A DNA stretch of 64,000 nucleotides from an uncultured delta proteobacterium (lineage in GTDB: Bacteria; Myxococcota_A; UBA9160; UBA6930): NCBI GenBank assembly GCA_963766175.1, contig CAVXZE010000001.1, positions 257,555 to 321,554 on the forward strand, given 5' to 3'. Under the pieces are notes generated by a model. That model was not told the origin of the DNA. It saw only the letters and a program-made list of their open reading frames with translations, and did not search any database. Position numbers and translations under genes: made by a program. The stretch's first letter is position 1. The number at the start of each line of letters is the position of its first letter. Positions 1 through 10,100 of the stretch are shown one piece after another.

Positions 1-52
1 TCTCCTCGTCGGCGTCTTCGGACTCGGCGCGGGGCATTTCCCGGACAGCGGA

Positions 53-2539
53 TTGGTGGCCACCGGAAGGGACCTGCTCGCGGCAATCAGCGGTCCCCTG
101 TCCGGGCTTCTGGGGGACGGCCTCAGCGCCGATTCCATCGAGAGAATGCTCGGCGGGCTACCGGCGTTCGCGCTACTTGGCGCCGGGTTGGCGGCGCTGC
201 TGCTCTCGGTACGGCGAGGCGCCAGCCCGAAAGCCGAGGAGGAGGCTCCCGAAACCCAGGAGAACCCCGAACCGATAGCGGTGGACAAGCGCCTGGCCAA
301 GCAGGTCCTGAAGCAGGCCGCGGTGCTGGCAAAGAAGGGCAAGGTCTCCGAGGCCGCGGAACTCTGTCTGAACAGCGGCCTGCTCGATCCGGCCGCAGAG
401 TACTTCGAGCAGAGCGAGGATCTGGTGCGCGCCGCCGAGGTGCGCCACGACCAGAACCGCTTCACGGAGGCCGCGGAGTTCTACATCCGCGCGGGCCAGC
501 ACGAGACCGCGGGCACCATCTTCGCCTCGACGAACGAGTTCGCTCAGGCGGCGGACAGCTACCTCAAGGCCGGCCGTATCAGTGTTGCAGCGGAGATGTA
601 CGAGAAGGCGGGCAGCTATGTGCAGGCCGGCGACTGCTACGCCCGGTGTGAATTTCACCGTCACGCAGCCCAGGCCTTCCTCGAGGCCAAGGAGTGGGCC
701 CGCGCCGCCCAGGCTCTGGAAGCAGTGATCCTGGAGGAGGGGGCGCGGGTCGGAAGCGGACAGGATCCGGCCAAGGAGAGGGAGCTTCGGAAGCTGGTGC
801 TTCAGGCCGGGAAGCTCCACGAGCACGCCGGGGATCTGGAAGCGGCGGAGCGGATTCTCGAGAAGGGGGGCTGCTTCAGCGCCGCCGCCGATGTGGCCCT
901 TCGCCTCGAGCACTTCTCCAAGGCGTCCGATCTCTTCTTGCGCGGAGGCGATCCGGTCAAGGCCGCCGACGCGCTCAAACAGGTCGGGGAGGAGCAGGCG
1001 GCTGCACAGATCCTGGGCGATTACCACCGGGACCGGGGCGACGACGAAGAGGCTGCGCGACTGCTCATTCAAGCCGGCGATTTCCTCGCCGCCGGTGACC
1101 TGTACCGCAAGCTCGAGGATCTCAACAAGGCGGCTGAGTGCTACGAGCAGCAAGGCGACGCGGCCCAGGCCGCGGAGATGTTCCAACTGGGGGGGGACTA
1201 CGCCCGGGCTGCCAAGAACTACGAGCGGATCAGCCAATACGAGGATGCAGCCGCGTGTTGCGCGCAGCTGGGGGACGTCCCGAGGCAATCCTCCAACCTC
1301 GCCAAAGCGGGCCGGATGCTCGAGGCGGGGGAGGTCCTTCACCGCGAGGGAATGGAGGACGAGGCCATCAAGCTGCTCCAGCAAGTGAAGTCCAGTGAGC
1401 CCGGGTTTGGAGCGGCTTCCTCCCTGCTCGGAGAAATCTTCTGCGCCAGAGGCAAATACACACTCGCGATCAAGAAGCTCCGCCAGGCGATTGGAAATCT
1501 GGATCTCGACACCGAGAACAGGGATGCCTACTACCGCCTCGCCACCGCTCACGAGGCCGCCGACGAGTTCCAGGAGGCCGTGGATCTCTACGAGAAGATC
1601 CTGACCTTCGATTACCACTACAAAGACGTAGAGAAGCGCCTGGAGCTCGCCCGGGCCAAGGTCGCTCAGAATCGGCCCACGGAGTCGCTGGCCAGGACCC
1701 AGGAGGCAGTCGGTCCTCCGAGTGGTCGCCCCGGCCGCTACAAGATCGAAGGTGAGCTGGGACGCGGGGGCATGGGAATCGTCTACAAGGCCCATGACAC
1801 CGTCCTCGATCGCCCCGTCGCCCTCAAGGTGCTCCCGGATGCCCTCAAGGACAATCCCGAGGCCCTTAAGAACTTCCTCCGGGAGGCGAAGAGCGCTGCC
1901 AAGCTGAACCACCCAAACATCGTGACGGTCTACGATGCGGGGGAGCAGGACGGCCGTTACTACATCGCAATGGAGTACGTCGACGGCACGACCCTCAAGG
2001 AGATCGTCCGCAGGCGTGGCGTCATCTCACCGAACGGTGTGCTCCACGTGCTCCTCCAGATGTGCGAGGCACTCGCCTTCGCCCACGATCAGAAGGTCGT
2101 TCACCGCGACGTCAAGACCGCGAACACCATGTGGACCCGCGACAAGAAGGCCAAGATCATGGACTTCGGACTCGCCAAGGTCATCGAAGAGGTGCGCAAC
2201 CACACCACGCTGGTTTCGGGCACTCCCTATTACATGAGCCCAGAGCAGACCCTGGGCAAGAACGTGGATCACCGGACCGACATCTACAGCCTGGGGGTGA
2301 CCCTCTTCGAGCTGGCCACCGGCTCGCTTCCCTTCCAGGAGGGCAACGTTCCCTACCATCACGTCCACACGCCGCCGCCAGATCCGCGGGAGGCGAATCC
2401 CAAGCTTCCCACGCTTCTCGCCGAGATCATCACCTCGTGCATGAAGAAGAATCCCGAAGAGCGCCCCCAGAGCGCAGAGGAGATCGTCACCCAGGTGAAG
2501 GCCAAGCTCTCCAAGAGCTCGAGCCAGAGCAGCGGCTGA
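53..2539 (+). CDS. Membrane-anchored Ser/Thr protein kinase (N-terminal TM helix, 13-residue Ala-rich repeat array, TPRs, C-terminal Hanks-type kinase domain)
   Basis: 828-aa ORF with a TTG start at 53; it may extend upstream of the window. The C-terminal ~270 aa carry kinase motifs GELGRGGMGIVYKA, VALK, HRDVKTAN, DFGLAK and SGTPYYMSPE. A hydrophobic segment LPAFALLGAGLAALLLSV lies near the N-terminus. Confidence 0.88.
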   Translation: MVATGRDLLAAISGPLSGLLGDGLSADSIERMLGGLPAFALLGAGLAALLLSVRRGASPKAEEEAPETQENPEPIAVDKRLAKQVLKQAAVLAKKGKVSEAAELCLNSGLLDPAAEYFEQSEDLVRAAEVRHDQNRFTEAAEFYIRAGQHETAGTIFASTNEFAQAADSYLKAGRISVAAEMYEKAGSYVQAGDCYARCEFHRHAAQAFLEAKEWARAAQALEAVILEEGARVGSGQDPAKERELRKLVLQAGKLHEHAGDLEAAERILEKGGCFSAAADVALRLEHFSKASDLFLRGGDPVKAADALKQVGEEQAAAQILGDYHRDRGDDEEAARLLIQAGDFLAAGDLYRKLEDLNKAAECYEQQGDAAQAAEMFQLGGDYARAAKNYERISQYEDAAACCAQLGDVPRQSSNLAKAGRMLEAGEVLHREGMEDEAIKLLQQVKSSEPGFGAASSLLGEIFCARGKYTLAIKKLRQAIGNLDLDTENRDAYYRLATAHEAADEFQEAVDLYEKILTFDYHYKDVEKRLELARAKVAQNRPTESLARTQEAVGPPSGRPGRYKIEGELGRGGMGIVYKAHDTVLDRPVALKVLPDALKDNPEALKNFLREAKSAAKLNHPNIVTVYDAGEQDGRYYIAMEYVDGTTLKEIVRRRGVISPNGVLHVLLQMCEALAFAHDQKVVHRDVKTANTMWTRDKKAKIMDFGLAKVIEEVRNHTTLVSGTPYYMSPEQTLGKNVDHRTDIYSLGVTLFELATGSLPFQEGNVPYHHVHTPPPDPREANPKLPTLLAEIITSCMKKNPEERPQSAEEIVTQVKAKLSKSSSQSSG
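353..1387 (+). repeat. In-frame array of ~23 thirteen-residue (39-nt) repeats, consensus AAExYxxxGxxxx, inside the kinase gene
   Basis: Nine consecutive exact-length 13-mers: AAELCLNSGLLDP, AAEYFEQSEDLVR, AAEVRHDQNRFTE, AAEFYIRAGQHET, AGTIFASTNEFAQ, AADSYLKAGRISV, AAEMYEKAGSYVQ, AGDCYARCEFHRH, AAQAFLEAKEWAR. After a ~25-aa spacer, about 14 more follow (e.g. AAECYEQQGDAAQ, AAEMFQLGGDYAR, AAKNYERISQYED). Confidence 0.8.
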
Positions 2540-2719
2540 GCAACGCCGTCCCTGCCGTGATGGGTTCGTCACAGCCGTAACGCAAACGTCACTTTCATTG
2601 GGCCTTCATCTGGGCTGTTCCCAAGGGGATATTTGGTTTGTGTGAGCTGCATCACGCTAAGCACTCGAATCGCCGGCGTAATCTCCGCTTCATCTTCGCG
2701 ATCCCGGCTCGCCCTGTTT

Positions 2720-2735
2720 TGGCACGAACCTTGCT
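2720..2735 (+). promoter_or_regulatory. Candidate sigma-54 (-24/-12) promoter upstream of lpxC
   Basis: TGGCACgaaccTTGCt fully matches TGGCAC-N5-TTGCW. It lies in the lower-GC 260-bp intergenic region, in the same orientation as lpxC and ~95 nt upstream of the proposed start. Confidence 0.45.
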
Positions 2736-2831
2736 AGATCTTTCTCTCCGAAGCCTGTGGAGCCAAAAAATCTCGATTTCATAGGTGGTTAGAAGCCCGC
2801 GGTGAGACGGTCCAAGGGGGGGAGACGGGCG

Positions 2832-3749
2832 GTGAATCAGCGTACAATTGCGGAAAAGATCTCGTGTACCGGGATCGGGCTTCACACCGGTGAGCCCGTT
2901 CAGCTGACTCTGTATCCGGCGCGTTCGGATTCGGGAATCGTCTTCGCGCGCACGGACCTGAGGCATCCGGTCGAGATTCCGGCGAAGCCCCGGTCCGTGG
3001 CGTCGACGTCGCACGCCACCACGCTTGGCTGCGGCGACGCGACGGTCGGAACGGTCGAGCATCTGCTCGCCGCTCTCTACAGCCTGGGCATCGACAACGT
3101 CCGCGTCGAGGTCGACGGGCCCGAGATTCCGGTAATGGACGGCAGCTCCGCGTCCTTCGTCTTCTTGATCCGCGCCGCCGGCATCTTTGACCAGAGCTCC
3201 GAACGCCGGCGGATGCGCATCCGCAAGCCGATCGAGGTGCGCGATGGCGAGCGGTCGATCCGCATCGATCCCGGTCGCTCGCTCCGGGTCAGCTACTCCG
3301 TCGACTACACCCATCCCGCCATCGGTCGCCAGACGCTCAAGGGATTCACCCTGAGCGGAAAGAGCTTCGAGCGCGAGATCTGTCGGGCGCGCACCTTCGG
3401 CTTCCTTCACGAGGTCGAGGCCCTCTGGCGCAACGGCCTCGCCCGCGGCGGCAATCTCGACAACACGGTGGTGATGGACGAGCGCCGCGTGCTCAACCGT
3501 GACGGGCTCCGCTGGTCTGACGAGTTCGTGCGGCACAAGGTTCTCGACCTGATCGGTGATCTCGCGCTGATCGGCATGCCCATCGAGGGTCATATCGTCG
3601 TCGAGCGCGGGGGGCACGCCCTTCATCAGCAGCTCGTCAGCGAGATCCTGAACACGCCCGAAGCCTGGAGGATCGAGGGTCCCGTGCCGCAGGCCCGCGT
3701 TGCGTCGGACTTCCTTTCGCTGCGGACGCCGGCCGAGGCTTCAGCTTAG
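2832..3749 (+). CDS. lpxC: UDP-3-O-acyl-N-acetylglucosamine deacetylase
   Basis: ORF 2802-3749. N-terminus NQRTIAEKISCTGIGLHTGEPVQLTLYPA, then TTLG...VGTVEHLLAAL and GGHALH are typical LpxC. GTG at 2832 (MNQRT...) is preferred over the ORF-maximal GTG at 2802 because of the upstream G-rich RBS. Confidence 0.92.
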   Translation: MNQRTIAEKISCTGIGLHTGEPVQLTLYPARSDSGIVFARTDLRHPVEIPAKPRSVASTSHATTLGCGDATVGTVEHLLAALYSLGIDNVRVEVDGPEIPVMDGSSASFVFLIRAAGIFDQSSERRRMRIRKPIEVRDGERSIRIDPGRSLRVSYSVDYTHPAIGRQTLKGFTLSGKSFEREICRARTFGFLHEVEALWRNGLARGGNLDNTVVMDERRVLNRDGLRWSDEFVRHKVLDLIGDLALIGMPIEGHIVVERGGHALHQQLVSEILNTPEAWRIEGPVPQARVASDFLSLRTPAEASA

Positions 3750-4096
3750 GCTGACCCGTCTAGATCGCGCGCCACTGTAGCGGCCGCCGCCGCGTCCAGA
3801 AACTCGATCCCCATTCCGGGCGCCCGAGTGGTGGGTGCTCCGGATCCGGCCTGCTGGTGCCAGGCGACGCGTCCCTCGATCTGGTGGACCCGATCGGATT
3901 CCGGCAGCCGGAATCGAACCCTGATCGGCGAGCCGATATCGATCGGCTCCTCCGTCTCGATGAACAGACCGCCGGCGCCGAGGGTCGTCGCGTACTCGTA
4001 GCGGATACCCGTACTGCCCTGGAAGTCGACGAGAACGCGGACCTTCCTGCGACGGAATCGGCGTTCCCGCCTTCGAGAGCGGAAGCTAGGGGACAT
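3746..4096 (-). CDS. Small PilZ-domain protein
   Basis: 116 aa. An Arg-rich RRERRFRRRKVR stretch is followed by TLGAGGLFIETEEPIDIGSPIRVRFRLP...EGRVAWH, a PilZ beta-barrel pattern. It sits 35 bp downstream of the giant TPR gene on the same strand. Confidence 0.72.
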   Translation of the reverse strand: MSPSFRSRRRERRFRRRKVRVLVDFQGSTGIRYEYATTLGAGGLFIETEEPIDIGSPIRVRFRLPESDRVHQIEGRVAWHQQAGSGAPTTRAPGMGIEFLDAAAAATVARDLDGSA

Positions 4097-4131
4097 CCGA
4101 GGCCTCCTCTCCGCTCAGGCTCTCCCGAGCC

Positions 4132-7100
4132 TCATAGCGCCTCGACCCACGCATTGATGACGCTTCGCAGCAGGGCGAGGGCTTCGGGGCGATCGGCGAC
4201 GAGCTGGCTCAGGTCCGCCTCGGGCGGGATCGCCTCGGCATTGTCGCCGTGACCGCCATCACCGGACTGGAGCCAGGCGGTGAGAGCGAGTCGGAACTCG
4301 AAATCGCTGGATTCCAGGACGCGCGCGCTGGCCAGCCCGCGGAGCTCGGCGCGCCACGCCTCGAAATCGATCGAGGCGATGGCCACCGCGTCGATTTCTC
4401 CGAGGGCCTTGCGCACACGGCGCCTGGCGCGTCGGCCCAGGCTCGAGGAGAGGGCGTTCACCCGGTCGCCTTCCGCACCGACGCGGGGGACCTCCAGCAC
4501 CAGCTGGGCGACGAGCGTGATGACGGAGCCGAGCTCGGGGGTGGACAGCGGCGCGAGCGCCGGTGCCGACAGCTCTCCCTCGGCAGCGAGTACTGCGGCG
4601 CGGAAGCGCGCCATGGGCTCCGAGGCCTCGCTCGCACTGCTCTCGGGTCTGCTTCCCGCGCCGAGGGCCTCACCGATCTCCTGGGCGGCTTCCTGCCCAA
4701 TCCGACGCGCGGCCTCCCATACCGGGTCGCTCATGGAGGGGGGGTTCGCGGGAGTTACGGGCGGCTGTGCGGGAGACTGGATCCGTTCTTCGGGCGTCGC
4801 AGCACCGAGGGCGCGCAGAACGGCGAGCCCCGTCGCCACGCCCCGATCCGAACCGCGTCCGTGGGAAATGCGAAGCAGCGCTCGGATGGAGCCGAGTCGA
4901 GTCGGCTCCTCCCGAAGCAGGTCGCGGTGTTGTTCGATCGCCTCGGTCCAGCACTCCGGACGGTGTGCCAGCAGCTCCGCTAGGGCGACTCGTGCATCGC
5001 GAAGTTCCGAATCGGCGTCGATGGCCCGACGGTAGGCAGCGACGGCGCCTTCCACGTCCTCGAGCGGGCCGGCCAGGAGCCGCCCCAGCTGGTGAAGGGC
5101 GGGCGCGATCTGCGGAGATTCAGCGTCGGGATGCGCGTCCACGAAGCCGGTGAGCACATCGGCCGCTTCACGCCATTCACCAAGGCAACGCAATAGACGC
5201 GCACCCGCCAGAGCGCCCTCCTGACAGGTGCTCTCGATCCGTGTGGCCTCGCGGTAGGAAGCGGCAGCCTCGCGCCGATCCCCCTGCCGTTCCAGGGCTC
5301 GGGCGCGGATCAGGGCGATTCCCGAGCGCTCGGGCACGTCTCCGATTGCATCGAGAGCGCGTGTCGAGAGGTCGAGGGCCTCGGCGTTCCGCCCTCGGGA
5401 CCAGAGCAGATCCGCCAGGAGCAGCCACGCCCGCGCGACCTGCGGGCATACCGCCGTGGCCTCGCGCAGCAGCACCTCGGCGGGCTCTTCGCGTCCCTCC
5501 CGTCCCATCTCCAGCTCGCCAGCGCGGACCAGGCGCTCGGCCCGCTCCTTGCTGTCGCTCGCCCGGGCTGCCCAGCCCTGGAGTGCGTTCACCGCCTCGT
5601 CGATCCGGGAGAGGCTCTCGTAAATCGCGACGAGACCGCCGTGTGCCTGGTCGAGGCCCGGATCCAGCTCGATCGCGTCGGTGTAGCGTTCCAGGGCGGC
5701 CTGAGGGTCGTCGGCCTCGAGGCTCGCCCCGAGCAGGCACAGGTGGCTGGCTCGCTCGGGGTCGGGAGTGTCGAGGCCGAGGCGTGCCTCCAGCGCCAGC
5801 CGGGCGCCCTCCCGGTCGCCGAGGTCGAAGAGGATCTCGCCCCTCGCGGCGAGCGCCTCGGCGTGGAGCGGGGAGATCTCGAGGGCAGTGCCGTAGAGGC
5901 GCGCCGCAGGCTCCAGGCACTCCAGGGATCGTGCAGCCTGTCCGCCGATCAAGGCGGTCTCCAGGCGAGTCGCATCGTCGAGCTCCGCACCGCCGTCCGC
6001 CAGCTCGAGAGCGAGCTCGGCCGCCCGCTTGGCCTGGGCTCGTCTCCCCAGAGCGAAGGCAACCCGGGTGAGCATCGCCTCTGCCACCGCAAGCGCCGGA
6101 TCGGCGGTGACGGCGCGTTCCAGTAGCGTTGCTGCCCACTCGGCATCGCTGGCTTCGATCAGCGTCGCTGCCCGGTAGCGACGCGTGGCAGACTCCCCTC
6201 CAGCCAGACAGTCGGCGGCCTTCTCCAGGGCTTCGGCAGCCGAGTGCGCCTCTCCACGCGCCTCCCAGAGCCGCGCCGCCGTGTCCCAGGCATTCGCGTT
6301 CTCGGGCTCCGCGTCCAGAGCGCGCTGCACGCGCGCCAGGGCCTCGTCGGGCTGATCCAGCTCTTCGAGCGTGCGGGCCAGGAGCAGGTGATCGCCACCT
6401 GTCGCACCGGATTCGGAGTCATCGCACCAGCCCGCGAAGACCTCGGCGAAGCGATCGGGTCGATCCAGGCGCTGGTAGAGGTCCGCCCACTCGCGACGGC
6501 TGTTCACGGGCAGCTCGCCGATCTCAGCGGCGGCCTGGTAGTTGCGGGCAGCTCGTTCGATTTCGCCCGTATGGGTGCGGGCCAGCTCGCCGGCGCGAAG
6601 CCAGGCGGTCTTGCGGCGTTCGGGCTCGGCGTCGCCGAGGATCTCGACCTCACTCTCGTAGAGATCCAGCGCGCCGCGCCAGTCCTCCATCATCTCGAAG
6701 AGCGATTCGAGGGAGCGGAGCGAGACGAGATCGCTCGGCTCCGCCTCCAGAGCTGCAACGAAGGCGCGGCTCGCCCTCGTCGTCGAGTCGAGCTGCTCCC
6801 AGGCGACCCGACCGAGTCGCCGGTAGAGTGCGGCCCGTTCCCGATTCGAGAGCGACTGCGCCCGCTCGAGCTCTGTTTCGAGGGTTCGCGCCACTTCCTC
6901 GTGGTCGCCCACCTGGTCGCTGACGCCGCGCAGACCGCGGATCGCATCGAGGTTCTGCGGATCTCGGGCGAGCACCTCACGGAAGGCGTCGGCTGCCTTG
7001 CAGGGTCGGTGAAGACGTTCGCGGCGCAGCCGCGCCAGCTCGAGCCAGAGGTCCGCCTCCTCACGCTGCCCCTCGACCGTCTGGCGGCGCTCGTCGCCCT

Positions 7101-10100
7101 CTTCGCCGAGATCGAGCGCGGGTGCGCTCCGAGCCAGGCGTTGGCTCAGCCGCTGCTCGAGCTCGATGTCGTTGCGCCCGGCGCGGAGCAGGCTGAGCAG
7201 GGCTTTCTCGGCCTCTTCGAAGCGGCTCGGATCTTGGCTGTCTTCGGCCGCGATGCCGCCGTCCACGAGCTTGCGAAGGTGCCGGAGCGCGGCGTCTGGA
7301 CGACCGAGCTCGGCGTTGTAGACCCGAGCCAGCTCGAGCTGGAGCTCTCGTCTCCGCTCGTCGAACACCTCTGCCCCGGGGTCGAAGGAGGCGAGCTCCT
7401 CCTCCGCCGTGCGAGTCCAGAGATCCCTTCGTCCAAGCGACAGAAAGACCGAGCTCAGGCGGCCCAGTAGCTCGACCCGATCGACGCCGGAACTCGGTGC
7501 CTCGCACAGGGCTGCCCACAGCTGGTCCGCGGCAGACGAGGGTTGGCCCAGGACAACGGCGTAGAGCTCCGCTGCGGTGCGTCGCAGATCGAGGCGCTCT
7601 TCGGCGTTGGCCCCTTCGATCAGGAGCTCGAGGATTTTGGCCTGGTCTCGCGGGCGACGGGTATCGCGGTAGAGCTGTTCGAGCCGTTCCAGCACGGCCC
7701 GGGACGCCGGGTCTGCGACGCGGGCGGCTTCGAGAGCGCCGATCGCACGCCCCGGCGCACCCATCTGCTGCTCCAGAATGTCGGCCCGCTCGAGCTCGAG
7801 GGCACAGAGGCGGCCCGGATCCGGAGATAGGGCAATCTCGTCCTCCAGGGCGCGCAGCACCGCCTCCCGGCGGCCAGCCTGCCTGTGAACGTCGGCGATC
7901 CGGGCCACCAAGGAAGCGTCCTCGCTGCGGAGGGCGCGGAGGCGCTCGAGCCAGGGGAGGGCGGCATCGCTGGAGAGATGGGTGGCGGCGATCTCGGCGG
8001 CCTCCGCGCAGATCGCGGCCTTGCCGTTCTGGTCCTCGCTGGCCGCACAACGCAGCTCGAGCTCGAGGGATTCCAACACCGCCGGCCAATCGCCCAGGCT
8101 TTCGAGAAGATCTCGAAGCTCGCTTCTCGCCTCATCTGAGCTCGCGTCCAGTGCGATGGCGCTCCGGAAGGATTCCGCCGCCTCCTCGGGGCGGGCGAGT
8201 TCGCCGGCCAGGATTCGCCCGCGCCGGGTCAGAAGTCGGGCGCGCTCGATGGGGCTTCGGGTCCTCTCGAGCGCGATCCCCAGCAGCTCGAGCCATTCGG
8301 CCGTTCGGCCCATCTGCTCGGCGAGCTGCATTGCCCGCCCGAGCGCCAGGACGTGGCTGGGTTCGATCTGGAGAACACGGCGAAGATGCCGCAGGGCGTC
8401 CCCGGGCCGGGATAGCGAGCCCTCCAGCAGCGTCGCCAGCTCCATCCGGATCGGCACCTCCTCGGTGCCGCCGATCCGGGAGAGCTCTGCTTCGAGCAGT
8501 TGTACGAGGGGCTCGGTTTCTCCGAGGCGCCGGTATATGTCCCGCAATGCGCTCGGGGCACTCCGGTCATCGGGTCGTTCCGCCAGCACCTGCCGGTACG
8601 ATCCGGCGGCGGAGGCGAGGTCGCCACGCCTGCGCAGGGCGTCGCCCATCCGGAGGTACCAGTCGCTTCGCTCCAGGGCATCCTCGCAGTTGACGGCTGC
8701 ACGTTCGCAGAGCTGGATCAGGTCGCCGTCGCGACCGGCGCGCTGGTAGAGATCGGCCAACGGCTCGCCGACGACCGACAGGGCGTCGTCTTCCCCGGCC
8801 GTGGGCGCGAGCATTTCGATCGCTCCGTCCACGTCGTCCAGGGGGCCCGAGCGCAGAGCAGCGATGCGGATCCGCAAGGAGATCTCTGGCCCGCGGCGGT
8901 CCAGCTCGCCCGAGTCGGCTCCGTCGGCTGTCTCCGGCTCGGCTTGGAGAGCTGTGAGTCGCGTCTCGAGAACGCGCGCCAGGTCGGCGTGGCGTTCCTC
9001 GACGCTCAGCTGCTCGACCAGGAACTCGCTGGCCAGTGCGTGGGTTGGATCCAGGGAGAGGACCTTCTCGTAGTGGACAGCTGCCCGCACCGGATCGGCG
9101 CAAGCTCCGACGCAGAGCTCCGCTGCTCTCGCGTGAAGGGCCAGGGCCCGCTCCGGGTCCGGCCCGGTCTCGAGCTCGGATTCCAGCGCAGTCAGCAGAT
9201 CCTGGGGCCGGTCCTCCTCCTGGTAGAGTCGGGCCAGGGTCTGCCAGACATCGGCGCGGTCGGCGCGCAGAGCAGCGGCGGCCTCCAGGTGCGCGATGGC
9301 GTCGTCGGGATCGACCAGGCGATCGCGACACAGAGTTCCGAGCCGTTGTCGGATCTCGAAGTCGTCCTCGGGAGATCCGTGGCCGAGCTTTGCCAACAGG
9401 CGATCGCGCGCGGTCTCCCACTCGCCGAGCCGCTCCAGGAGCGCGTCGAGTCGGCGTTCGGCTTCCGCCGCCACCGCGCTTTCGCCGTCGGCGATAGCGG
9501 TGAGCAGCTGTCTGGCTTCGTCCTCCCGGTGCAGCGTCTGTTCGAGAATCGTCGCCCGCTCGAGTTCCATGGGCGCTCGGGCTTCATCGTCCTGCTCCTC
9601 GGCCGCGCGCGCCTCGAGCAATTCACAAAGACCCGCTAGATCGTTCGACTCACGGAGCGCCCGCTCGAGGCTGGCACGGACCGTCGCGCACCCCGGCTCC
9701 CGCTCGTAGACCTCTCGGAACAGGGCCGCCGCCTGGGCGGGGAGACCCAGCCGATGCTGCAGGATCTCGGCGCGGCGCAGATCGAGATCGCGGGCCTCGG
9801 GGGACTGCGAGTCTAGCTCTCGGCGTCGCTCCAAGAGCCGTTCGCTGAGTGCTTCGAAGCGCCCCGTTCGCTCCAGGACGTTCTCGAGTCGCTCCCCCGA
9901 GTCCTGCGGAGCATCGGGGGTTCGCGCCAGCTCCGCGAAGACGGGAATCGCCGACTCGGCGTCGTCGAGTCGGTCCGAGAGGATCACACCCAGGGCGTGG
10001 AGGCATTCGATGCGCTCTTCGGGAGAGACGAGCTCCGCCAGGTGGCGGCGCACCTCGACCGCCTCCCGCAGGCGCTCGCTGTCCTCCAGGAGAGGCTGCA

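Noticed and set aside
173-1912. 579-aa minus-strand ORF opposite the Ser/Thr kinase gene
   Set aside because: It is an antisense shadow. The plus-strand frame carries the kinase motifs and the 13-residue repeat periodicity.
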